Source: an uncultured Clostridium sp. (GTDB lineage: Bacteria > Bacillota > Clostridia > Lachnospirales > Lachnospiraceae). From it: a DNA stretch of 64,000 nt. The notes under the pieces are model-generated. The model was not told the DNA's origin. It was given only the letters and a program-made list of their open reading frames with translations, and did no database searches. Of the stretch, positions 48,682 through 57,891 are shown piece by piece. The DNA lies in assembly GCA_902496665.1 (NCBI GenBank), contig CABVBU010000006.1:3210-67209 (forward strand), given 5' to 3'. Position 1 is the first letter of the stretch. Every line of letters begins with the position of its first letter. Made by a program: the position numbers and the translations under genes.

Positions 48682-49662
48682 CTACTCTATACCGTACAGG
48701 TACTGTTCTACAGACGCAACGCAATTTGCCCCGTCTGCCACTGCCGTAACGATCTGGCGGAGCGCCTTTGTACGGACGTCTCCTGCCGCGAAGATTCCCG
48801 GAACATTCGTCTTTCCGTCCTCCCCGGCCGCAATATATCCTGCCGGATCCATATCTACGGATCCCTTAAATTCTTCGCTGTTCGGGGTGATTCCCACCGC
48901 GACGAACACACCGTCCACAACTAGGTCTCTCTTTTCCCCAGTCTTTTTATTGAGAAGCTTCAGTGTCTCCACCTTCTCCGCTCCGCAGATCTCCTCCGGC
49001 ACAGTATCCCAGAGAATTTCCACGTTCGGAAGCTCCATAAGCCGCTTCTGCAGGCTCTTTGCACCGCGGAATTCGTCTCTCCTGTGGATCACATAGACCC
49101 TCTCGCAGAGTCTTGCAAGAAAGATCGCATCCTCAAGGGCAACATCACCGCCGCCGATCACCGCCGTTATTTTTTTCCGGAAGAACGCGCCGTCGCAGGT
49201 CGCGCAGTAGGAAACACCTTTTCCGGTAAATTCTGCCTCGCCTGGGATCCCAAGCTTTCTGTGGTGCGCGCCAGAAGCGATGATGACTGCTTTCGCGAGC
49301 CTCATCTCCTTTTTGCCCACTACCTGACGGATCACAGGCGGGTGTCCCGCTCCCGCTTCTGCCGCCTCTAAGACTTCGTTCTCTTCCGCAAGGTCCGCGT
49401 CCTCAATTTTTAAAACCGTGTCCTTCGCAAACTCCACGCCCAGCTTATCGGCATGTTCCCGGAATTTCATTCCCAGGTCAAAGCCGCCGATCCCTGGAAG
49501 ACCGGCATAATTATCTACCTCATATGTCGTAAGCACCTGTCCGCCGCTCATCATCTCTTTTTCGATCACGAGGGTCTTTAATTCCGCGCGTTTCGCGTAG
49601 ATCGCAGCCCCGAGTCCCGCCGGACCGGAACCGATAATGATCAAGTCATAGATCTGTTCCAT
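48682..49662 (-). CDS. trxB: Thioredoxin-disulfide reductase
   Basis: GSGPAG FAD motif, redox-active CATC, and GGGDVA NADPH motif; 326 aa. Confidence 0.92.
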   Translation of the reverse strand: MEQIYDLIIIGSGPAGLGAAIYAKRAELKTLVIEKEMMSGGQVLTTYEVDNYAGLPGIGGFDLGMKFREHADKLGVEFAKDTVLKIEDADLAEENEVLEAAEAGAGHPPVIRQVVGKKEMRLAKAVIIASGAHHRKLGIPGEAEFTGKGVSYCATCDGAFFRKKITAVIGGGDVALEDAIFLARLCERVYVIHRRDEFRGAKSLQKRLMELPNVEILWDTVPEEICGAEKVETLKLLNKKTGEKRDLVVDGVFVAVGITPNSEEFKGSVDMDPAGYIAAGEDGKTNVPGIFAAGDVRTKALRQIVTAVADGANCVASVEQYLYGIE

Positions 49663-50052
49663 GATGCCTCCAATCTCAGTGTTTACACCAGTTACCCATC
49701 GTCTGCTGCCCGCACCACGCGGTCATCAGCACACAATGCGGCTTTTATAGTATAGCACCATACATATCTATTATACAATCAGTTTTCTCGGAATTTAAGT
49801 GGCATTCCTGTGGCAAAATTTACCTGAAATTTTTCTAAGGTTACCCCGATCTATAGCTCTGCCCCATTCCACTTTTGAATCATTTCATTCCACCTTTCAA
49901 TTTTATTTTTCCCGCCGCCGATGCTATGATAAAACCAGATCAAAGATTCCTAACCACAAAAAGATTCCGTTATCCGGCAGTTCCGGATGAAGCAAAGATA
50001 AACAGCAGCCACGCCGCTGCAAAACCGCTAAATTCATTATGGAGGTTCCAAC

Positions 50053-52014
50053 ATGGGAAAATCATTAACAAGAAAAATTATTGAGTCTCACTATGTATCC
50101 GGCAGCATGACTCCGGGTGAGGAAGTTTTCATCAAAGTTGACCAGACTTTAACACACGACATCAACGCCGTTATGACATACCTGGCATTCGAGGCCATCG
50201 GCCTTGACCGGATCCGCACAGAGTGCAGCGTCAGCTACTTAGACCACAACCTGCTCTATGTCGACAATAAGACACCGGATGACCACATCTACTTACAGTC
50301 CGCTGCAAAGCGTTTTGGTGTCCATGTTTCCAGACCGGGCAACGGTATCTGCCATGCGGTACATGTGGCAAGATTCGGTATCCCGGGGAAGATCAGCATG
50401 GGCGGTGACAGCCATACCCCGCACGGAGGCGCCATCGGCATGCTCTGTATCGGTGTCGGCGGAATGGACGTTGCGACAGCCATGACCGGTGTTCCGATGC
50501 GTCTCACCATGCCGCGGGTTGTAAAAGTAAACCTCACAGGTTCCTTAAAACCTGGATGCAACCCGAAGGAAGTTATCTTAAAGATGCTTCAGCTCGTAAC
50601 CATCAAGGGCGGCCTCGGAAATGTGTATGAGTATGTTGGACCTGGCACTGCTGCCCTGGAGGTTCCGGCGAGAGCCACCATCGCAAACATGGGCGCTGAG
50701 ATGGGCGCGACCACATCCATCTTCCCGGCTGACGCGCAGGTCAAGAAATTCATGACTGCACAGGGCCGCGGTGACCAGTATGTGGAGATGCTGCCGGACG
50801 AGGATGCTGAGTACGACGAGTACATCGACATCAACTTAAGTGAGCTTGAGCCGCTGATCTCATGTCCGCATCAGCCGGACAACGTCATCCCATTGAAGGA
50901 TGCAGAGAAGAAGCGCGTTCAGCAGGTATTCATCGGAAGCTGCACAAACGCAAGCTACGCGGATATCGCGAAAGCCGCTCTTGTATTTAACGGCCATCAT
51001 GTCAACGAGGACGTAAGCTGTACATGTGCCATCGCCTCCAAACAGACCTACCGTGAGCTGCTGCGTGACGGTTATATCGATATGCTGCTTGCTGCAGGCG
51101 TCCGCATTCTTGAGATCGCATGCGGTCCGTGCTGTGCCATCGGCCAGACACCGGCGACAGACGGCGTCGCTGTCCGCACCTCCAACCGTAACTTCAAGGG
51201 ACGTGCCGGAAACCCGACCGCAAAGATCTACCTTGTGAGCCCGGAGAGTGCTGCTGCGACCGCTATCGTGGGCACATTCGCGACCGCGGAAGATATCATG
51301 GGAGAGAATGTGAAGATCCTCGGCGATATCAAGGAGCCGGAGCAGTACATCGTTGACGATTCCATGATCATCCCGCCGCTCTCCGAGGAGGAAGCGAAGA
51401 AGGTTGAGATCGTCCGCGGACCGAACATCAAGTTCCTCCCGGTTCCGGAAGCTCCGACCCAGTACCTCTGCGCTCCGATCAGCTTAAAGGGACGCGACAA
51501 TATCTCCACCGATGACATCACCCCGGCCAGCGCTGAATTTTCCAGCATGCGCTCCAATATCCCGCTGATGTCCCAGTACTGCTACCACCGCTATGATCCG
51601 GAGTTCGCAGCCCGCGCGAAAGCCATGGGCAAGAGCATCATCATCGGCGGCGAGAACTATGGACAGGGTTCTTCCCGTGAGCATGCGGCGATCAACCCGA
51701 TGTACCTGGGCGTAAAGGCTGTTATCGCGAAGAGCATCGCGCGTATCCACAAGGGCAACCTTGTAAACCACGGCGTGATCCCGATGTTATTCGAGGATCC
51801 AGCTGACTATGACCGTCTTGACCAGAATGATGAACTGGAATTCGCGAACCTCCTCGACCAGATCCCGACAAGATCCATTCTCATCAAGGACAAGACAAAA
51901 GACTTTACTTTCCGCGCCCGCTTAGACCTCACAGACAACGAGATCGCCGTTGTATTAAGCGGCGGACAGTTATCTTTCTTAAAGAAACAGCTGGCAGCGG
52001 AAGAAGCAAAATAG
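50053..52014 (+). CDS. Aconitate hydratase (short, roughly 650-aa aconitase-family type)
   Basis: Aconitase-family motifs (GDSHT; Cys ligand regions IGSCTNAS and CGPC) and a swivel domain with GSSREHAA. Confidence 0.88.
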   Translation: MGKSLTRKIIESHYVSGSMTPGEEVFIKVDQTLTHDINAVMTYLAFEAIGLDRIRTECSVSYLDHNLLYVDNKTPDDHIYLQSAAKRFGVHVSRPGNGICHAVHVARFGIPGKISMGGDSHTPHGGAIGMLCIGVGGMDVATAMTGVPMRLTMPRVVKVNLTGSLKPGCNPKEVILKMLQLVTIKGGLGNVYEYVGPGTAALEVPARATIANMGAEMGATTSIFPADAQVKKFMTAQGRGDQYVEMLPDEDAEYDEYIDINLSELEPLISCPHQPDNVIPLKDAEKKRVQQVFIGSCTNASYADIAKAALVFNGHHVNEDVSCTCAIASKQTYRELLRDGYIDMLLAAGVRILEIACGPCCAIGQTPATDGVAVRTSNRNFKGRAGNPTAKIYLVSPESAAATAIVGTFATAEDIMGENVKILGDIKEPEQYIVDDSMIIPPLSEEEAKKVEIVRGPNIKFLPVPEAPTQYLCAPISLKGRDNISTDDITPASAEFSSMRSNIPLMSQYCYHRYDPEFAARAKAMGKSIIIGGENYGQGSSREHAAINPMYLGVKAVIAKSIARIHKGNLVNHGVIPMLFEDPADYDRLDQNDELEFANLLDQIPTRSILIKDKTKDFTFRARLDLTDNEIAVVLSGGQLSFLKKQLAAEEAK

Positions 52015-52264
52015 AATGCAATAGTTTTGCCCCGATCCCCTCTCTATATAAATACGGGCTTAACTGTTACAGATAAATACCTTCAATACCCCAAACCCTT
52101 AAGTGAATTTATCAGGATGCGGAAAACGCAGTCATACTCCCTCGTATGGCTGCGTTTTCTCATTTTTATCCTGAATTTCTCTCAAAAAGTCTGAGACAAG
52201 TTTCGATTTTTGTCGTAAAATAGGAAAAGGAACATGTTACAAAAAACAGAGGATGTGATTTTCC

Positions 52265-53146
52265 ATGAAAGACTCCGATTGGAGAATTCTTTATGAACTG
52301 CATAAGACATCAAACCTGACGAAAACGGCGAATCTGCTTTTTATGACGCAGCCGACGCTGACAAAGCGGCTGAAGCAGATGGAGACCGAATGGGGATGCA
52401 GCATCGTGGATCGGACACCGAAGGGACTTACATTTACGGCTGAGGGAAATTTTCTCGCGGCGCAGGCAGAAAAGTATCTGGAGCTGTTCCATTCCACGAA
52501 GGAAGAACTTAAAAAACTCCAGGAGGCAGCACTTACAGAGATCGTCATCGGCGCATCCTACACCTACAGCAAATATTCCCTGGCGGATGTGCTCGTCCCG
52601 TATCAGGTGACCCACCCGAATGTGAAGTTCCGGATCGTCAACGATTCCAGCGATGCCCTGTACCGGCAGATCCTTGACGGGTCTGTGGATGTTGGATTTC
52701 TGCGCGGGGACTATGAGGGTCCGGTAAACCGGACACTGCTTGGAGAAACTCAGGGATTTCTCGTGACGAAAGGTGCAGTGGCGCTTTCCTCGCTCTCCGG
52801 CATGCACCGTCTCGAATATAAGACAAACGAGAAAACGACAGCGATCCTGACTAACTGGTGGGAATCCCACTTTGAGACACCATATCCGTCCGGCATGATG
52901 GTCGGGCATATCGACGGGGCGTGGAAGCTGATCGACGAGGGCATGGGATATGCCTTAAGTTTCCTCTCGGAGAATTTTGAGAACCGGTATCAGCTGACTC
53001 TCACACCGCTAACTTGGACGGATGGAACACCTGTGATCAGAAAGACATGGTTTTTGTACCCAAAGGAGAAGAGGCTGCCTGCGAAGCTGCTTGATTTTAT
53101 CCAATATACAGAAAACTTAGCTCAGAAAACTCCTGAGTCTAAATAA
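52265..53146 (+). CDS. LysR family transcriptional regulator (first of a tandem pair)
   Basis: HTH segment LTKTANLLFMTQPTLTKRLKQMETEWG. Confidence 0.88.
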   Translation: MKDSDWRILYELHKTSNLTKTANLLFMTQPTLTKRLKQMETEWGCSIVDRTPKGLTFTAEGNFLAAQAEKYLELFHSTKEELKKLQEAALTEIVIGASYTYSKYSLADVLVPYQVTHPNVKFRIVNDSSDALYRQILDGSVDVGFLRGDYEGPVNRTLLGETQGFLVTKGAVALSSLSGMHRLEYKTNEKTTAILTNWWESHFETPYPSGMMVGHIDGAWKLIDEGMGYALSFLSENFENRYQLTLTPLTWTDGTPVIRKTWFLYPKEKRLPAKLLDFIQYTENLAQKTPESK

Positions 53147-53249
53147 TTTTTTATGCAATACTCGTCAGTTCTTATTTTGTCTGCTCTAATGCAGAGATAA
53201 ATGCTGATTTACTGGTTTTCACCTGTGTACTTTACAAAAAGGATTTCTT

Positions 53250-54116
53250 ATGAAAAATATCGACTGGAAAATTTTAAAAGTATTATATGAAAAGCGCAGC
53301 ATCACAAAGGCCGCCGACGCCCTCTTCATGACTCAGTCTGCCCTTACAAAGCGTCTGCGGTCTATCGAAAGCGAGTGGGGACACCAGCTCGTGGAGCGGA
53401 CAAGCCGGGGTGTGATCTTTACGGATGATGGAAAATATCTGGTCCAGAAAGCGAATATCATGCTGGATTTTCTTCAGGAGATCGAGGACCATTTCGCAGA
53501 CCGACATACAAAGACAGAGATGCTGAAGCTCGGCGTTCCGAACTCTTTCGCAAAGCGTCACCTTCCAAAATTACTTGCCGCCTATCAGAAAAGCGGAGCA
53601 AATCTCTATATTAAAACAATTTCAAATTCCAGCGATGTGATCTTAAAGGATCTGATCGACGACACCATCGACATCGGGCTCGTCTGCGGCGATTTCCCGT
53701 ATCTTGGTGATCAGGTCTGCCTGTTTCAGGAAGAACTTTACATCGTCGCACCAAAGGGAGCAACCATCGATTCCATTGAGCACATGCCCCTGATCGAGAC
53801 CTTCTATAACCCCATGGTCCGCATGATCATCAACCAGTGGTGGAAAAGCCAGTTTGGAAGCAGTCCCCACGAGAAACAGCAGGTTCCATACTTTGATATT
53901 GCCATTGAGATGGCGGAGAATGGGCTTGGGATCTGCTTTGTGTTTGGAGATGACTGGAAGATCGATGAAGAAAAGCTGCAGCTGATCCCCGCCTATGACC
54001 GGGACGGAAATCCGGTCTCCAGAAAGGTTTCCATGCTGATCTCTGAGCGATGTTATAAGAGTGAGGGAGTTTCGGATTTTATAAGATTTGTGGAAGATTA
54101 TTATGGAGTGAACTAA
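53250..54116 (+). CDS. LysR family transcriptional regulator (second of a tandem pair, paralogous to the first)
   Basis: HTH segment ITKAADALFMTQSALTKRLRSIESEWG. Confidence 0.88.
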   Translation: MKNIDWKILKVLYEKRSITKAADALFMTQSALTKRLRSIESEWGHQLVERTSRGVIFTDDGKYLVQKANIMLDFLQEIEDHFADRHTKTEMLKLGVPNSFAKRHLPKLLAAYQKSGANLYIKTISNSSDVILKDLIDDTIDIGLVCGDFPYLGDQVCLFQEELYIVAPKGATIDSIEHMPLIETFYNPMVRMIINQWWKSQFGSSPHEKQQVPYFDIAIEMAENGLGICFVFGDDWKIDEEKLQLIPAYDRDGNPVSRKVSMLISERCYKSEGVSDFIRFVEDYYGVN

Positions 54117-54190
54117 AATACTGTAATAAAAAGCCATGATCACATCATTTTCGGTGCGATCATGGCTTTTCTGTTATTTACTTCTTCTAT

Positions 54191-54853
54191 TTATTTCTGC
54201 TGTCTTGCCTCATTTAAGCTCATTCCGCCGCGGACATGGGTCTCGATACGGTCTTCTTTCGCCTTGATCTTCTCTGCTTCCTCAAGAACTTCCTTTAAGT
54301 GGGCACTCGGAACAACAGCAACGCCGGTGCGGTCCATTAAGACAAGGTCCTCCGGACAGATCTGGACGCCGCCGATGAACACCGGGACATCCACATCAAC
54401 GGTTTCCATGAAGCGGGCGCTCTTTACCGGACTTGTGCCGCCGAGATAAACCGGGAATTTGAGGTCTGCGATCTCGTCGATATCCCTGAGACTTCCGTTT
54501 GTAAGTTCACCCATAACGCCGCGCATCTGTGCTCTTGTGGCTAACATGGCGCCGCCTGTGGCAATGTCGGTGAGGCCGGTCGCCTCGATGACAAGAAGAT
54601 CACCGTACTCTGTCTGACTGTCGATGATGGATGCCTGTTTTGTCAGGGACTTTCCGTCAAAAGCTGTCTTTCTGCGCATCTGGCGGAGCGTCTTTGCGAA
54701 ACCTGCGGTCCGCGGCTGGCAGACATCTAACGGGCGGAGTCCAAGGACGATTCCTGAGCGGAGTCCGAGGTTGTCCATGGCGTCGGAGATGTTTGATGTC
54801 GGGAATTTTTTGTAATTTTCGATCCAGTAGGTTCTTTCTTCTTTGTTGAACAT
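54191..54853 (-). CDS. RraA-fold family protein (HMG/CHA aldolase or oxaloacetate decarboxylase-like)
   Basis: 220-aa RraA-like ORF (NISDAMDNLG ... GGAMLATRAQMRGVMG ... DRTGVAVVP). An extended -10 TGCTATAAT lies upstream on the minus strand. Confidence 0.8.
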   Translation of the reverse strand: MFNKEERTYWIENYKKFPTSNISDAMDNLGLRSGIVLGLRPLDVCQPRTAGFAKTLRQMRRKTAFDGKSLTKQASIIDSQTEYGDLLVIEATGLTDIATGGAMLATRAQMRGVMGELTNGSLRDIDEIADLKFPVYLGGTSPVKSARFMETVDVDVPVFIGGVQICPEDLVLMDRTGVAVVPSAHLKEVLEEAEKIKAKEDRIETHVRGGMSLNEARQQK

Positions 54854-55108
54854 GATATCAGTTTTCGCAGCTGCTTCACATAAATACAGCTGTGATTCCC
54901 CTTTCTAAAAAATAATCCTCGTAAATTTATGAATTGATTATAGCATTAAAACTGCGGAGCCTTACATGATAAATGATTATAAATATTGATTCCGCAAAGT
55001 TATCTGTATCACCTTAAGGAAAATGCCCGATGAAGATTCACCAGGCATTCCAGGATGTAGTCGGACCTTTCAGAATGTACAGATCTGAAAAGCCACAATT
55101 ATCTAAAC

Positions 55109-56362
55109 TTAAGCAATAATCTTGTAAATTCCAATAAAAGCGAATACTGCCAACACCGCAAGCGCGATGAAGGATACCGCGAACAGCTCGACGAACAGTC
55201 TGTTCTGCGGGAATTTTTCATCTGCGTCCTCCTGCTGTGCAACACCGGCCATGATAAGGGCACCGGTGGTGGAGATCGGTGTGAAACCGGAAACTGTTCC
55301 GCCGATAACGATGACGGAGACAAGCTCTAACGCAGTCACGTTGCCGATGCTTGCCGCAAGCCCGCTTGCTGTCGGAATCAGGGTCGGGAATACGACGCCG
55401 AGACCTGAGCTGAAGAAGGACATGAGTCCTGCTGCGATAGCCATGATCGTTGCGGCTGTCTTGGGACCCATAACGGATTCCAGGCCGTCGACCATGATGT
55501 CGATACCACCGGAGAGGGAGATGACATTCATTAAGATGCCGACACCGAGAACCATGATGATCACGTTCCACGGGATCATCTTGAACGCAGTCTTTTCATC
55601 GCCGCATCCGAGTACGATCAGAACGGAACCGACGGTAAATCCTGTGAGGCCGACATTCCATGAAAAGAACAGGGCACCGATGGCGAGAGCTGCAAGCCCC
55701 GCAAGGGAGAGCCACTGATTTTTGCTGAATTTCGGAAGAACATCCTCATGGTTGGTGTGCGGAGCGACCTTCCATCCTTTGTAATAAATGTAGACGAGAA
55801 CAGCCACGACAAGAGCAGTCACAGTGAGGCACATCATGATCGGAACGGTATTTCCGGTAAGTCCCTGTGCTTCCATAAGCTCACGGACAACGGCACTCTC
55901 CGGAGTCAGCGGGCTCATACGTCCGGACATAACGCCGAGATCACCGATGATCGCCGTCATGATCGGGTTCACACCTGCGGATATCGCGACCGGGATCGCG
56001 ATGACCGGAACGATCGCGAGAGACGGGATGGCTCCCGGTCCCACCGCACAGATCAGGAATCCGAGCAGGTACATGACGAACGGGATCAGCGCCTTGTGCG
56101 GTCCGACGAGAGCTACCATCTTCTTTGCCAGAAGTTCCAGAGTTCCGTTTTCATTGATGATAGCAAAGAGATATGTGATGCCGATCATCTGCATGCAGAG
56201 GGAGGAACTGAATCCCTTGATAATATCATTTGCCTTGATCCCATAGACGAGTCCGAGGATCATGGAGAAGCCGATACATAAAATTCCGACGTTCGCTTTG
56301 CGGACGAAGCCGATAACGATGGCAGCTAAAAGGGCGATAAGTGAAATAAGACCAAGATTCAT
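55109..56362 (-). CDS. Ion-transporter-superfamily permease (CitMHS/DASS/MatC-like); probable organic-anion carrier
   Basis: 417-aa polytopic ORF with an internal two-fold-repeat feel and an AGGAGG RBS. It begins 9 nt after the lactonase stop. Confidence 0.65.
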   Translation of the reverse strand: MNLGLISLIALLAAIVIGFVRKANVGILCIGFSMILGLVYGIKANDIIKGFSSSLCMQMIGITYLFAIINENGTLELLAKKMVALVGPHKALIPFVMYLLGFLICAVGPGAIPSLAIVPVIAIPVAISAGVNPIMTAIIGDLGVMSGRMSPLTPESAVVRELMEAQGLTGNTVPIMMCLTVTALVVAVLVYIYYKGWKVAPHTNHEDVLPKFSKNQWLSLAGLAALAIGALFFSWNVGLTGFTVGSVLIVLGCGDEKTAFKMIPWNVIIMVLGVGILMNVISLSGGIDIMVDGLESVMGPKTAATIMAIAAGLMSFFSSGLGVVFPTLIPTASGLAASIGNVTALELVSVIVIGGTVSGFTPISTTGALIMAGVAQQEDADEKFPQNRLFVELFAVSFIALAVLAVFAFIGIYKIIA

Positions 56363-56371
56363 ATGTACCTC

Positions 56372-57421
56372 CTAGCGGAATGTGATGCAGACCGGGCTCT
56401 CCGCTGCGATCACGCGACCGGTGTATTCCATGCGGCCCTGTTCAGAGTCAAGTTTCATCTCTATGATCGTGTCACTGTCCTCGTTTGCCATGTAAAAACG
56501 GCTGTAATCCGGATTGAATGTGATGAAACGCGGTGTGAGACCCATTGCCGGGTAGTAGCCGAGTTCCTTCATGTAACCGGTCTCCTGGTTGATTCGGTAG
56601 AGGACGATGGACTCGTGGATGCGGTTGGAACCAATGAGGATCTCGCCGTTCTTATCAAGGAGAGACGCACTTGCCTGTCCCTCGCCGGTGTATGTTTCCG
56701 GAAGTGTCGGCAGATTCTGGCGCGGAAGAAGCTTTCCGTTCACGTCATCGAAGCCGAAATATGTCATCTTGTTGCCTTTTTCGTTGATCAGGTACGCGTA
56801 ATGGTTATTCGGATGGATCGCGATATGGCGCGGCTCATCGTACTCTCTGGAACGGAAGCAGTCTGTCTCGGTGAGTGTGCCGTTTTCGGCGTCAAAGCGG
56901 TATACAAGGACCTGTCCGTAACCCTGAATTCTTCCCTGTGTCACAACGAAGAGGAATGTCTTTGTATGATCCCAGATGCACTGGTGCGCGAAGGAGACGG
57001 TTCCCTCTTTTCTGCCTGGGAGATGTGTCTCGGAGACGATATCACCGAGACTGCCGTCTGCGTTTCTCTTAATTACATAGACAGCGCCGCCCTGAAGAAC
57101 AGCAACGACTAAATATTTGTTTGTCTTGTCAGCTGTAATATATACCGGGTTCTTTCCACCGATATCGATCATATTTAACGGAGATAAGGTTCCGTCCTCA
57201 AGGATCTTGTAGCTGGAGACCTTTGTCTTGTCTCCGTGAACGGAATAAAGGAATTTTCCCTCGTTGTCCATTGTCTGGTAGGACGGGTTCTCTTCCTCAG
57301 TCTTTAAACACTGGATCAGATCCCAGTCGCCGGTCTTTTCATCGATCTTAAAAACCTTTAAGCCTTTTCCCCTTGCATTTCTCTCTTTTGTTGTTCTGCA
57401 GCCTACATAAGCGTAGCTCAT
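56372..57421 (-). CDS. 7-bladed beta-propeller lactonase family protein (PF10282-like)
   Basis: 349 aa from MSYAYVGCRTT (GAGGAGG RBS), with the motif PRHIAIHPNNHYAYLINE typical of the family. The track ORF extends 27 codons upstream from a TTG. Confidence 0.8.
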   Translation of the reverse strand: MSYAYVGCRTTKERNARGKGLKVFKIDEKTGDWDLIQCLKTEEENPSYQTMDNEGKFLYSVHGDKTKVSSYKILEDGTLSPLNMIDIGGKNPVYITADKTNKYLVVAVLQGGAVYVIKRNADGSLGDIVSETHLPGRKEGTVSFAHQCIWDHTKTFLFVVTQGRIQGYGQVLVYRFDAENGTLTETDCFRSREYDEPRHIAIHPNNHYAYLINEKGNKMTYFGFDDVNGKLLPRQNLPTLPETYTGEGQASASLLDKNGEILIGSNRIHESIVLYRINQETGYMKELGYYPAMGLTPRFITFNPDYSRFYMANEDSDTIIEMKLDSEQGRMEYTGRVIAAESPVCITFR

Positions 57422-57646
57422 TTCCTTTTCCTCCTCAAATGAATATAAGATCATATAAAAGATTCCCACTTGATCACTTCGCTTCGAAGCGATAAAAGCC
57501 AACTGCTCCGCGCCTTCGGCACTCCCGCAGTTGCCGCCGATATTCGTAATACGGGCTATCGCCCTCCTTACTCATACCGGCTTGGTAGTCAGATGTCTTC
57601 CCATCCTTGCGTGCAAGCACGCAGTCTGGTCAGCCGTCTGACTACA
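57422..57646 (-). promoter_or_regulatory. GC-rich multi-hairpin 5' leader; candidate riboswitch or attenuator of unknown class
   Basis: On the minus strand: GUAGUCAGA...UCUGACUAC encloses GCGUGC-UU-GCACGC; GCCGGUAU...AUAUCGGC encloses GGGC-GAUA-GCCC; CAACUGC...GCAGUUG encloses GUGCC-GAA-GGCGC; and AUCGCUUCG-AAG-CGAAGUGAU forms a further hairpin. Confidence 0.4.
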
Positions 57647-57674
57647 CTTTTATGATAAATTATTAACATGTCAA
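57647..57674 (-). promoter_or_regulatory. Candidate promoter of the lactonase operon
   Basis: On the minus strand, TTGACA (57669-57674), about 16 nt of spacer, then TAAAAG (57647-57652). The -10 is weak. Confidence 0.35.
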
Positions 57675-57700
57675 ATGGAAATTCAGGAAAAGAATAGGCT

Positions 57701-57731
57701 CGGTATTCCATTATGGAATACCGTGTTTTTT
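57701..57731. promoter_or_regulatory. Perfect 10-bp-arm inverted repeat CGGTATTCCA-TTA-TGGAATACCG followed by a T-run; either an operator (contains T-N11-A) or a plus-strand terminator
   Basis: Arms at 57701-57710 and 57714-57723, then TGTTTTTT. It is centred about 65 nt upstream of the predicted minus-strand transcription start. Confidence 0.5.
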
Positions 57732-57891
57732 CAAGTTTCTGGTTCTTTCTGATACCCTATTGTAATTCCTTCTGTATTCCCTTAAAATATGCATATCTGC
57801 TATTTCATAAATGTCCAGATCTGTTATGCGGCAATTATGTTAAACAGCAATCCAATCAGCAAAAATCTTATAACTATACAGGAGTTTTACC

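Noticed and set aside
56363-57112. 249-aa plus-strand ORF.
   Set aside because: It is entirely antisense to the lactonase gene, which has clear family motifs and a GAGGAGG RBS. The ORF has no SD and an implausible Cys/Val/Arg-rich composition.
57355-57425. Apparent one-base frame inconsistency at the 5' end of the lactonase gene when I indexed the sequence by hand.
   Set aside because: The ORF track shows one continuous frame (…EEEKEMSYAYVGC…), and total lengths are consistent on both sides. I attribute the discrepancy to my own hand-indexing error, not to a frameshift. It is a reminder that my motif coordinates may be off by 1-2 nt.
57470-57655. 61-aa plus-strand ORF inside the structured leader.
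   Set aside because: It has no SD and an implausible composition. The region is better explained as RNA structure on the minus strand.
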